Shown piece by piece: positions 1 through 10,622 of a stretch of 64,000 nt of DNA. A program made the translations under genes and the position numbers. How positions within the stretch are numbered: the first letter of the stretch is position 1; each line of letters begins with the position of its first letter. The notes under the pieces were generated by a model, which saw nothing but the letters and a program-made list of their open reading frames with translations, did not search any database and was not told the origin of the DNA. Origin of the DNA: Candidatus Latescibacterota bacterium (GTDB lineage: Bacteria; Latescibacterota; UBA2968; UBA8231); NCBI GenBank assembly GCA_965243025.1, contig CBDETY010000003.1:3552001-3616000 (forward strand), read 5' to 3'.

Positions 1-1
1 C

Positions 2-1349
<1,348 letters not shown>

Positions 1350-1357
<8 letters not shown>

Positions 1358-2786
1358 TTCGCAGACTCGTTGAATCGGTGGGTTTGAACTCGCAGTACAG
1401 GATATGCCTGGTCGACTGTGTGACGCGATGGCCGTGAGCGGTGCGCAAGCCGGCGACCCAGAGGATCTCCCGGCCGCGGGCGAGCAGCAGCGCTTCGTCG
1501 CGCAACAGGCGGGGATGGCCTGCCTCTGCCAGGAGGTCGCTGACCTTCTTGTGGCGTCCCTCGAGTCCGAAGGGCTGCAATCTGTCTCCCTCCTCGATCC
1601 CGCGCAGGCGCAACGGCTCCGACCCCAGCGAATCCGCGTCGAAAACCGCTTCCCAGGTTCCCAGCCGCGGCGCCAGATCGGCGAATGAGCTCCCCGGAAG
1701 GAAGCGCGAGCGGAACTCGAGCGAGCGCTCCGGGAGGGGTACGACTGCGGGGGCTTCGAAGGTCCGATCCACCTGGGCCGCCGCTCCCGCGGTCAGCACC
1801 AGACTGTCGCCCCGGCGCTGAGCCAGTATCCCCGAACCGAGATCGACGATCCCAGCGACCGCCCCCTGCGCCAGTTCGACGAGGGTGTCGACCGCGGCGC
1901 GACCAGCCTCCGAGCGAGGCGGGGAAATCGCTTGCAGCGAATGCCGTAACACCCTGCGCTGTATAGATGTATGATAGTTGGCAAGGATGTGGGCAGCAAG
2001 GACCATACGCGAGGAGTCGGCGCGCATGACAACCTCCGCAACCGCGGCTGAGGCCTCCCGGGCGAGCCGGTCGTCCTCGTCGCGAAGCAGCTCCGACGAG
2101 CGCGTCAGGGTCGGGACGATTTGCGGGTTGAACGAACGCAGCCGCGGGAGCAGCTCCCACCGCACCCTGTTGCGCAGGAACTTCGGATCGCGGTTGCTGG
2201 CGTCTTCGCGGTAGACGACTTCCCGATCTGCCGCGTAGCGGGCGAGAGTGCTGCGGGGGTAGCTCAGCAGCGGCCGCAGGTAACGGTTGCCGCGAACCGG
2301 CGCCATGCCGCCCAGACCGGAAGCACTGCCGCGCAGCAGACGCATGATCACGGTCTCGGCCTGGTCGTCGGCGTGGTGTCCCAGGGCGATGAACTCACAT
2401 CCCGCCTCCGACATGACGCGGTGCAGAAACTCGTAGCGCAACTCGCGAGAGGCCATTTCGAGGGAGATCCGCGCGCCGGCCGCCCGGCTTCTCACGTTTC
2501 CCGCTGCGGTCGTCAAAGGCAGGTCCCGCCTCGCGGCCTCCCCGGCGACGAAAGCCGCGTCGTCCCCGGACCCGGGCCGCAGCTGATGGTCGAAATGGGC
2601 CACGTGAAGCCGCGGCCGAAGCTCAGCGTCGCTCGCGAGAATATCGAGAAGCACCATGGAGTCCATCCCCCCGGACACCGCCACAACGACCCCGGCGCCG
2701 GATTCCCCGGTGGTTTCGCGGACCCACTGGCCGACTGCCGCGGCCAGTTCCTCCGGCGATGCAACCCCTTCCGTGATTCCACTCAT
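1350..2786 (-). CDS. tilS: tRNA(Ile)-lysidine synthetase
   Basis: PP-loop [40 protein letters not shown]....LRNRVR and C-terminal KKVSDLL domain. tilS-ftsH synteny. ATG at 2786 preferred over 2807. Confidence 0.96.
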
Positions 2787-2973
2787 TTCAGGACAACCCG
2801 GGGGCAAGCCGGGGCGCCGGGGGAACCCCTCTCGACGGAGGAAACCGTCTCAAGCACGGGATCCGGAATACCGACCGCACCCGAGGGACCTCCTCTGGCA
2901 GCCGCGACAATTGCGAACGCCGGGGCCAGCCCTCCATGTCCAGGGCCGCACCGGGGTTGTTTCAGGAGGACCT

Positions 2974-5900
2974 TTACTCCGACACCTTGACGCCCAACGG
3001 CGTCGTCCAGTCGCTTTCCCGCGATTCCGCGTCGACGGCCCGCACCCGGTAGTAGTAGGTCACTCCCCGTTCCACCGAATCGTCCTCGCGGCTGGTCCTG
3101 ATGTCGTTCCTGAGGCCGCTGGCCGCCCGGATTTCGGTGTAATCGGCGTCGTCGGTGCTGTTGGGAACCGTCGTCCTCTCCACCTCGTACCGCAGGATCA
3201 CCCCTTCCGACGCCTCCCAGGTGATCGTGACGACCGGATTCTTCGCCGGGTCGGACGGGGTTGTCGAGGAGAGCGAGACGTTCTTCGGGACTTCGACCCC
3301 CGAGGTCGTGGCGGCCTCTGTCGAAGATGGAACGCTGGCGTTGCCGGCCGGGTCGAGAGCCAGCACCCGGTAGTAGTAGGTCGTCCTCTGCTCGAGTTCG
3401 CTGTCCCGGTATTCGGCGGTCTCCGGGGCCCCTATCTCCTCGAACGGGCCGGAAGCGCTCTCCGCGCGGAACACAAGGTATCCCGACAGGCCGGTCAGCT
3501 CGGCCCCGCCGGCGTCGCTGGAGGGCGCCCGCCATTCCAGGAGGATGACCTCGGGATCTCCCACAACCGCCTCTCCTGACAGCAGGGTCGGGGCAGCGGG
3601 GGCGCGGGTATCCGATTCCACCGTGGCTCCCTCGAACTCCGACAGGTCGCTCTCCCCCCTGGAGGTGACGACGCTAACGCGGTAGAACAGGACCTCTCCC
3701 CCGACAAACCCGGTATCCACATAGGTGGTCTGCCCCGTGGTGAACGGCGTGCCCTCGACTCCCGGCAAACGCTCGAACGACTCGTCCGGACGCGGCGAGC
3801 GATACACGTTGTAGCCCACCAGGTCCGACTCGCCGCTCCCCAGCCAGCTCACCGTGATGCGCCCGATGCCCGATTGCGCCGACAATCCCGACGGAGGGGC
3901 CAGACCCCGGGTCGTCGCCGATACCGGACCCGTCAACTCACTCGCGTTACCCGAACCGTCCACCGCCGTCAGCGCATACGTGTAGACCACCGCCGACTCC
4001 AGATCCTCATCCACATACTCCGTCACCGACGCCGACACCGTGTCCACCGCCGCCCGCTCCGACAACCCCGACGACGAGCGGAAAATCACATACCCCGACA
4101 GACCCGTCAGCTCCCCCCCGTCCGCGTCATACCGCGGCGCACGCCAGCTCAAGCGAATCCCCGCCCCCGCCTCCAGGGCCGTCGCCACCAGCCCCCCCGG
4201 CGGCTCCGGAGCCGAGAGGTCCCCCTGAGACGCCCCGCTCACGTAGCCCGACAGCTCGCTTTCGAAAACCGACGATACCGACGACACCTTGTAGTAAAAA
4301 CGATCCCCGGACGTCAGGTTCGAATCCACGTAGCTCGTGCGCGCCGTCGTGTACGACGCCCCCGAGGACGATTCCAGACGCTCGAAATCCAGGTCCGGAC
4401 GCGGCGAGCGATACACGTTGTAGCCGATCAGATCCTCGTCTCCCACCGCCTCCCAGTTCACCTCGATACGGCCGATTCCGTCCCGGGCACGGACCCCCGA
4501 AGGAACCGACATCCCCTCCGTGCGCGCCCGGGACACCCCCGACTGAACCGACTCGTTGCCCCCGCCGTCGAACGCCGACACCGCATACCCATACTCCGTC
4601 AGCGAGCGCAAGCCCTCGTCCACATACTCCCGGGCCTCGGCGCCCAACGTCGCCACCGACACCAGCGAACCCGCGACCCCCTCCGAACGATACACCGTGA
4701 ATCCCGACAGACCCGTCAGCTCCCCCCCGTCCGCGTCCGTCGTCGGGGCGCTCCAGCGCACCGTGATACGGTCCGTGAATCCGGCCTCCGCCACGGCCGA
4801 CACGTTCCGCGGAACCCCGGGAGACACCTCGTCGGCAAGCGCCTCGCCACCCACCTGCGAGGACAGCTCCGAACGGTGGGTCCGGCCCACCGACTGCACC
4901 TTGTAGTAATACGCGCGACCCGCCTGCACGCTCGTGTCCACGTAGCTCGTGCGGCCCGTCGTGAACGGCGTGCCCTCGACTCCCGGCAAACGCTCGAACG
5001 ACTCGTCCGGACGCGGCGAGCGATACACGTCATACCCCAGAAGCTCCTCGTCTGCCACCGCCTCCCAGATCACCTCGATGCGGCCGATTCCGTCCCGGGC
5101 ACCGACCCCCGAAGGAACCGACATCCCCTCCGTGCGCGCCCGGGACACCCCCGACTGAACCGACTCGTTGCCCCCGCCGTCGAACGCCGACACCGCATAC
5201 CCATACTCCGTCAGCGAGCGCAAGCCCTCGTCCACATACTCCCGGGCCTCGGCGCCCAACGTCGCCACCGACACCAGCGAACCCGCGACCCCCTCCGAAC
5301 GATACACCGTGAATCCCGACAGACCCGTCAGCTCCCCCCCGTCCGCGTCCGTCGTCGGGGCGCTCCAGCGCACCGTGATACGGTCCGTGGATCCGGCCTC
5401 CGCCACGGCCGACACGTTCCGCGGAACTCCCGGTGACACCCGGTCCTCCCCCTGGGTCTTCACCCGCACCGGAACCGCACGACCCGACTCGTTGCCCGAA
5501 CCGTCCACCGCCGACACCGTGTAGTAATACGTCGTCGACTCCTCCAGGCCGGCGTCCGCATACCGCGGCTCCGACACCGCCGCCACCTGCACGAACGAGT
5601 CCGTCGTTCCCTGGGACCGGAACACCTGATACCCCGACAGGCCCGTCAGCTCTCCCCCGTCGTCGTCCACCAGGGGCGCGTTCCACGTCACCGACACCCG
5701 GCCGAATTCCGATTCGTCCGCCACCGCCGACAGATTGCGCGGGGACTCGGGCGCCACCTCGTCGGCCAGCGCCTCCCCGTCCACGAACACCGACAGCTCG
5801 GAACGGTAGGTCCGGCCCACCGACTGCACCCTGTAGTAATACGCGCGACCCACCTGCACGCTCGTGTCCACGTAGCTCGTGCGGCCCGTGGTGAACGGCG

Positions 5901-8900
5901 TGCCCTCGACTCCCGGCAAACGCTCGAAGTCCCCGTCCGAACGCGGCGAGCGATACACGTCATACCCCAGAAGCTCCTCGTCTGCCACCGCCTCCCAGCT
6001 CACCTCGATGCGGCCGATTCCGTCCCGGGCACCGACCCCCGAAGGAACCGACATCCCCTCCGTGCGCGCCCGGGACACCCCCGACTGAACCGACTCGTTG
6101 CCCCCGCCGTCGAACGCCGACACCGCATACCCATACTCCGTCAGCGAGCGCAAGCCCTCGTCCACATACTCCCGGGCCTCGGCGCCCAACGTCGCCACCG
6201 ACACCAGCGAACCGGTGACCCCCTCCGAACGATACACCGTGAATCCCGACAGACCCGTCAGCTCCCCCCCGTCCGCGTCCGTCGTCGGGGCGCTCCAGCG
6301 CACCGTGATACGGTCCGTGGATCCGGCCTCCGCCACGGCCGACACGTTCCGCGGAACTCCCGGTGACACCCGGTCCTCCCCCTGGGTCTTCACCCGCACC
6401 GGAACCGCACGACCCGACTCGTTGCCCGAACCGTCCACCGCCGACACCGTGTAGTAATACGTCGTCGACTCCTCCAGGCCGGCGTCCGCATACCGCGGCT
6501 CCGACACCGCCGCCACCTGCACGAACGAGTCCGTCGTTCCCTGGGACCGGAACACCTGATACCCCGACAGGCCCGTCAGCTCTCCCCCGTCGTCGTCCAC
6601 CAGGGGCGCGTTCCACGTCACCGACACCCGGCCGAATTCCGATTCGTCCGCCACCGCCGACAGATTGCGCGGGGACTCGGGCGCCACCTCGTCGGCCAGC
6701 GCCTCCCCGTCCACGAACACCGACAGCTCGGAACGGTAGGTCCGGCCCACCGACTGCACCCTGTAGTAATACGCGCGACCCACCTGCACGCTCGTGTCCA
6801 CGTAGCTCGTGCGGCCCGTGGTGAACGGCGTGCCCTCGACTCCCGGCAAACGCTCGAACGACTCGTCCGGACGCGGCGAGCGATACACGTTGTAGCCCAC
6901 CAGGTCCGACTCGCCGCTCCCCAGCCAGCTCACCGTGATGCGCCCGATGCCCGATTGCGCCGACAATCCCGACGGAGGGGCCAGACCCCGGGTCGTCGCC
7001 GATACCGGACCCGTCAACTCACTCGCGTTACCCGAACCGTCCACCGCCGTCAGCGCATACGTGTAGACCACCGCCGACTCCAGATCCTCATCCACATACT
7101 CCGTCACCGACGCCGACACCGTGTCCACCGCCGCCCGCTCCGACAACCCCGACGACGAGCGGAAAATCACATACCCCGACAGACCCGTCAGCTCCCCCCC
7201 GTCCGCGTCATACCGCGGCGCACGCCAGCTCAAGCGAATCCCCGCCCCCGCCTCCAGGGCCGTCGCCACCAGCCCCCCCGGCGGCTCCGGAGCCGAGAGG
7301 TCCCCCTGAGACGCCCCGCTCACGTAGCCCGACAGCTCGCTTTCGAAAACCGACGATACCGACGACACCTTGTAGTAAAAACGATCCCCGGACGTCAGGT
7401 TCGAATCCACGTAGCTCGTGCGCGCCGTCGTGTACGACGCCCCCGAGGACGATTCCAGACGCTCGAAATCCAGGTCCGGACGCGGCGAGCGATACACGTT
7501 GTAGCCGATCAGATCCTCGTCTCCCACCGCCTCCCAGTTCACCTCGATACGGCCGATTCCGTCCCGGGCACGGACCCCCGAAGGAACCGACATCCCCTCC
7601 GTGCGCGCCCGGGACACCCCCGACTGAACCGACTCGTTGCCCCCGCCGTCGAACGCCGACACCGCATACCCATACTCCGTCAGCGAGCGCAAGCCCTCGT
7701 CCACATACTCCCGGGCCTCGGCGCCCAACGTCGCCACCGACACCAGCGAACCCGCGACCCCCTCCGAACGATACACCGTGAATCCCGACAGACCCGTCAG
7801 CTCCCCCCCGTCCGCGTCCGTTGTCGGGGCGCTCCAGCGCACCGTGATACGGTCCGTGAATCCGGCCTCCGCCACGGCCGACACGTTCCGCGGAACCCCG
7901 GGAGACACCTCGTCGGCAAGCGCCTCGCCACCCACCTGCGAGGACAGCTCCGAACGGTGGGTCCGGCCCACCGACTGCACCTTGTAGTAATACGCGCGAC
8001 CCGCCTGCACGCTCGTGTCCACGTAGCTCGTGCGGCCCGTCGTGAACGGCGTGCCCTCGACTCCCGGCAAACGCTCGAACGACTCGTCCGGACGCGGCGA
8101 GCGATACACGTCATACCCCAGAAGCTCCTCGTCTGCCACCGCCTCCCAGATCACCTCGATGCGGCCGATTCCGGATTCGGCAACCAGGTTGGCAGGTACC
8201 GGCATTCCCGGCGTTGTCACCTGCACTATCTGTGAAAGGGAGCTCGTGTTTCCCGCCCCGTCGAAGGCGACCAGCGCATAGTTGTACGAGGTCAGGGGTT
8301 TCAGGCCGTCGTCTACGTACAGGCGGGTCTCCGCCTCGACGGTGTCCACGGGAACGGCTCCGCCCGTCCCCAGTTCTCCCCGCAGGATCGCGTACCCGGC
8401 CAACCCGGAAAGCTCGCCGCCGCCCGCGTCGCGGACCGGAGGGGTCCACACGAGAGTGATGCGCGGCTCGCTTTCGTCCGGGATCGCCGCCAGGCTCCGG
8501 GGCGGCTCGGGTGCGACCTTGTCCTCGAGCACCGTGGCGCCGACAAAACCGGAAGGCTCGCTCTGCAGTCCGGAGGTGTCGACCGCGGCGACCCGATAGA
8601 AAAAGGTCTTCCCCACGAATGCGTGCAGCGAGTCGACGTAGGAGGTCTTCCCGGTCGTGATGGTGGCGCCGCCGGGGCCCCGGCCCTGGAGGAAAGCGAA
8701 TACTCCGGCCGCGTCCTCAGACCGCAACAGGGCGTACCCCGCCAGGTCGCGGTCCTCTACCGCCTGCCAGCTCAGCCGCACCACCCCGACTCCCGGCTCG
8801 GCTGCCAACCCCCCAGGGGTGGATGGACGCTTGCGCGCGAAGTCTCCCTGGGGATCGAGCGGATTGCTGCGTTCCCTGTCGCAGCTCGTGCCGGTGAGGG

Positions 8901-8943
8901 CGACTGCGACGGCAGCTGTGAGACAGATTCTGCGCCCGGTCAT
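2974..8943 (-). CDS. Large surface lipoprotein with about 19 tandem fibronectin type III domains
   Basis: Signal peptide ending in a lipobox-like Cys (LTGTSC) followed by DRERSNPLDP. Repeated ~100-aa units P..P..L.A.......L.W......GY.VYRS....Y.D..L.....Y.Y.V.AVD..GNES. Confidence 0.92.
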   Translation of the reverse strand: MTGRRICLTAAVAVALTGTSCDRERSNPLDPQGDFARKRPSTPGGLAAEPGVGVVRLSWQAVEDRDLAGYALLRSEDAAGVFAFLQGRGPGGATITTGKTSYVDSLHAFVGKTFFYRVAAVDTSGLQSEPSGFVGATVLEDKVAPEPPRSLAAIPDESEPRITLVWTPPVRDAGGGELSGLAGYAILRGELGTGGAVPVDTVEAETRLYVDDGLKPLTSYNYALVAFDGAGNTSSLSQIVQVTTPGMPVPANLVAESGIGRIEVIWEAVADEELLGYDVYRSPRPDESFERLPGVEGTPFTTGRTSYVDTSVQAGRAYYYKVQSVGRTHRSELSSQVGGEALADEVSPGVPRNVSAVAEAGFTDRITVRWSAPTTDADGGELTGLSGFTVYRSEGVAGSLVSVATLGAEAREYVDEGLRSLTEYGYAVSAFDGGGNESVQSGVSRARTEGMSVPSGVRARDGIGRIEVNWEAVGDEDLIGYNVYRSPRPDLDFERLESSSGASYTTARTSYVDSNLTSGDRFYYKVSSVSSVFESELSGYVSGASQGDLSAPEPPGGLVATALEAGAGIRLSWRAPRYDADGGELTGLSGYVIFRSSSGLSERAAVDTVSASVTEYVDEDLESAVVYTYALTAVDGSGNASELTGPVSATTRGLAPPSGLSAQSGIGRITVSWLGSGESDLVGYNVYRSPRPDESFERLPGVEGTPFTTGRTSYVDTSVQVGRAYYYRVQSVGRTYRSELSVFVDGEALADEVAPESPRNLSAVADESEFGRVSVTWNAPLVDDDGGELTGLSGYQVFRSQGTTDSFVQVAAVSEPRYADAGLEESTTYYYTVSAVDGSGNESGRAVPVRVKTQGEDRVSPGVPRNVSAVAEAGSTDRITVRWSAPTTDADGGELTGLSGFTVYRSEGVTGSLVSVATLGAEAREYVDEGLRSLTEYGYAVSAFDGGGNESVQSGVSRARTEGMSVPSGVGARDGIGRIEVSWEAVADEELLGYDVYRSPRSDGDFERLPGVEGTPFTTGRTSYVDTSVQVGRAYYYRVQSVGRTYRSELSVFVDGEALADEVAPESPRNLSAVADESEFGRVSVTWNAPLVDDDGGELTGLSGYQVFRSQGTTDSFVQVAAVSEPRYADAGLEESTTYYYTVSAVDGSGNESGRAVPVRVKTQGEDRVSPGVPRNVSAVAEAGSTDRITVRWSAPTTDADGGELTGLSGFTVYRSEGVAGSLVSVATLGAEAREYVDEGLRSLTEYGYAVSAFDGGGNESVQSGVSRARTEGMSVPSGVGARDGIGRIEVIWEAVADEELLGYDVYRSPRPDESFERLPGVEGTPFTTGRTSYVDTSVQAGRAYYYKVQSVGRTHRSELSSQVGGEALADEVSPGVPRNVSAVAEAGFTDRITVRWSAPTTDADGGELTGLSGFTVYRSEGVAGSLVSVATLGAEAREYVDEGLRSLTEYGYAVSAFDGGGNESVQSGVSRARTEGMSVPSGVRARDGIGRIEVNWEAVGDEDLIGYNVYRSPRPDLDFERLESSSGASYTTARTSYVDSNLTSGDRFYYKVSSVSSVFESELSGYVSGASQGDLSAPEPPGGLVATALEAGAGIRLSWRAPRYDADGGELTGLSGYVIFRSSSGLSERAAVDTVSASVTEYVDEDLESAVVYTYALTAVDGSGNASELTGPVSATTRGLAPPSGLSAQSGIGRITVSWLGSGESDLVGYNVYRSPRPDESFERLPGVEGTPFTTGQTTYVDTGFVGGEVLFYRVSVVTSRGESDLSEFEGATVESDTRAPAAPTLLSGEAVVGDPEVILLEWRAPSSDAGGAELTGLSGYLVFRAESASGPFEEIGAPETAEYRDSELEQRTTYYYRVLALDPAGNASVPSSTEAATTSGVEVPKNVSLSSTTPSDPAKNPVVTITWEASEGVILRYEVERTTVPNSTDDADYTEIRAASGLRNDIRTSREDDSVERGVTYYYRVRAVDAESRESDWTTPLGVKVSE
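3734..5092. repeat. 1359-bp direct repeat, copy 1 (copy 2 at 6815-8173, offset 3081)
   Basis: Sequences match at both boundaries, and antisense ORFs 3874 and 6955 are identical except for one residue. One mismatch seen (4741 C vs 7822 T). Confidence 0.95.
4880..6890. repeat. Tandem duplication with 930-bp period (three Fn3 domains per unit), plus a 612-bp-offset sub-repeat
   Basis: ORF pairs 4949/5879, 5030/5960, 5168/6098 and 5433/6363 are identical or nearly so at offset 930. ORFs 4556/5168 match at offset 612. Confidence 0.93.
6815..8173. repeat. 1359-bp direct repeat, copy 2
   Basis: See copy 1 at 3734-5092. Confidence 0.95.
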
Positions 8944-9024
8944 GCGGTGATCTGGTTCGATGAAGGAAAGGGGATCAAATGTCAGGAGGTGCGATGGGGA
9001 AGGGAGAGCGGGGATCAGGAGCGA

Positions 9025-9510
9025 TCAGAAAAACGGCTTTGAAATCTCCAGAGCGAAATGCCGCCTCCAGGGATCGAGCCGGGTCTTCAACTTCCACAAC
9101 AACCGGGGTTTCGGAGCACCCTGGTCGCGGGACGCGCCGGCCGCCGGCGAGGGTTCGGACTCCCCGCGCGCACCCCCTTTGCGGTCCCCTGTTGCCAGGA
9201 GCCGCAGTCCGCCGATACCGCATGCGGCCCCCAGTGCCCAGCTTACCTGGGCCTTGATGTCGCGGTTGGTGGTCCGCTGATACAGCCTGTTGATTTCGAT
9301 CGGGTCGACGGCCTGCTGGTAGTCGGCGTAAAACGCGTCTGCCTCCCCGCGGTAATCGAACCCCTTGACCGCGAGGGCTGTGCCCGCTCCAAGGAACGCG
9401 AGGCCGAGGGTCCTCCGGACGTTGACGAAATCGCCGACCCCTGCCTCCACCTGCATGGCGATGGAGACGAACAGAAGAAAGGCGGCGTGTGCTGATGATT
9501 TTGCCGAGAT
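9025..9510 (-). CDS. Exported helical-hairpin protein ending in a beta-strand and Phe (DUF5683-like architecture); probable ATC start at 9510 (first ATG at 9456)
   Basis: Two hydrophobic helices flank an amphipathic segment, and the C-terminus is FALEISKPFF. In-frame upstream extension SAKSSAHAAFLLFVSIAMQVEA is a signal peptide, with GGAG 7 nt before ATC. Confidence 0.65.
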   Translation of the reverse strand: MSAKSSAHAAFLLFVSIAMQVEAGVGDFVNVRRTLGLAFLGAGTALAVKGFDYRGEADAFYADYQQAVDPIEINRLYQRTTNRDIKAQVSWALGAACGIGGLRLLATGDRKGGARGESEPSPAAGASRDQGAPKPRLLWKLKTRLDPWRRHFALEISKPFF

Positions 9511-9611
9511 GGCGGAACTCCGGTTTTTCGCAGGGCAGAATCGAACCGGAAATAATTGCTCGAACCGAGTGTGGTTGCGACAACTTGCACACTGTTTTTC
9601 GAGGCTTGGTT

Positions 9612-9640
9612 AGGGTATCGACAGGGGTGCACTTTGTCAA
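9612..9640 (-). promoter_or_regulatory. Sigma70-type promoter for the 9025 gene/Fn3 unit
   Basis: Minus strand TTGACA-17 nt-TACCCT. Confidence 0.6.
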
Positions 9641-9752
9641 TCGCTCCTCCGGGGATGAGCGTGAGTGCCAATGGTCCTGGCCCGGCGGATGTCCACATGA
9701 ACCTTCCGGACCGGGGAGACCCTGGTCGACTTGAAACTTTTTCCTCGGACGG

Positions 9753-9787
9753 GTTCATTGACAAATGAACTAATGTGCAGTAAATAT
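9753..9787 (+). promoter_or_regulatory. lexA promoter with overlapping candidate LexA operator(s)
   Basis: TTGACA (9758-9763) 17 nt from TAAATA (9781). Palindrome GTTCATT-GACA-AATGAAC (9753-9770) and GAAC-TAAT-GTGC (9767-9778) lie in an AT-rich patch. Confidence 0.6.
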
Positions 9788-9869
9788 ATGGTTACCGCCG
9801 TTTTCCCCCACATTCGGTGTCGGAACTGAGCGTGCGGCATTCCACGGAACGAACCGGGAGTTTTTCGGC

Positions 9870-10499
9870 ATGCGCAAAAGCCTGACGTCCAGACAGCAGA
9901 CCATCTTCGATTTCATCGCGGGAGTCATCCGCGGCCGTGGAGCGCCGCCGACGATACGGGAAATCATGGTGGAGTTCGGCATCTCTTCCACCAACGGCGT
10001 CCGCACCACCCTGGCGGCGCTTGAAAAGAAAGGATACATCCGACGGCATCCGCGGTTGTCGCGCGGGATCGAGCTGGTCGATTTCGCCGGTCACCGGCCG
10101 CGGACTGCCGACACCCTCGAGATCCCGCTGCTCGGCCGCGTCGCCGCGGGCGCGCCGATCCTGGCCGAGGAGAACGTGGAAACCACCTTGCAGGTCGACA
10201 GGACGATCGCCCCTGCCTCCGGGGACCTGTTCGCCCTGCGCGTGCACGGGGAGAGCATGCGGGATGCCGGTATCCTCGACGGCGACATCGTCGTCGCAAG
10301 GCACCAGGAAACCGCTGAACGAGGGGAGATCGTCGTCGCCCTGATCGACGACGAGGCCACGGTCAAACGCTTCCAGCGCGACGATGCGGAGGTCCGGCTT
10401 CTTCCCGAGAACGACGCCTTCTCCCCGATCGTCGTCACTGGAGAGAGCGGCGAGTTCCGCATTGCCGGCAAGGTCGTCGGCCTGATGCGGCAGTACTGA
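9870..10499 (+). CDS. lexA: SOS repressor LexA
   Basis: LT.RQ..IFDFI, PPTIREI wHTH, IPLLGRVAAGAP (Ala-Gly cleavage site), catalytic Ser GESM and Lys TVKR. Confidence 0.97.
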   Translation: MRKSLTSRQQTIFDFIAGVIRGRGAPPTIREIMVEFGISSTNGVRTTLAALEKKGYIRRHPRLSRGIELVDFAGHRPRTADTLEIPLLGRVAAGAPILAEENVETTLQVDRTIAPASGDLFALRVHGESMRDAGILDGDIVVARHQETAERGEIVVALIDDEATVKRFQRDDAEVRLLPENDAFSPIVVTGESGEFRIAGKVVGLMRQY

Positions 10500-10622
10500 G
10501 CCCATCCGCGGAATCCCTGGTGAGTACCTGCTCCGGACCGAAGCCGGGAAACCGGCTTCCGCAACGGCCTCGACCCGAATGAACCGGGCCCGGAATCCGC
10601 TCAGCCCGGGCTCGTTCTGCTG

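Noticed and set aside
3734-8173. Repeats as CRISPR array, DGR template/variable repeats or shufflon
   Set aside because: Repeats are long, in-frame and direct, with no spacers, no adenine-specific mismatches, and no reverse transcriptase or recombinase in the window.
9656-9850. Possible 6S-like RNA (about 190 nt with terminal and internal pairing)
   Set aside because: It overlaps the lexA promoter, the pairing is explainable by GC content, and no convincing 6S motif was seen. An Rfam search would be needed.
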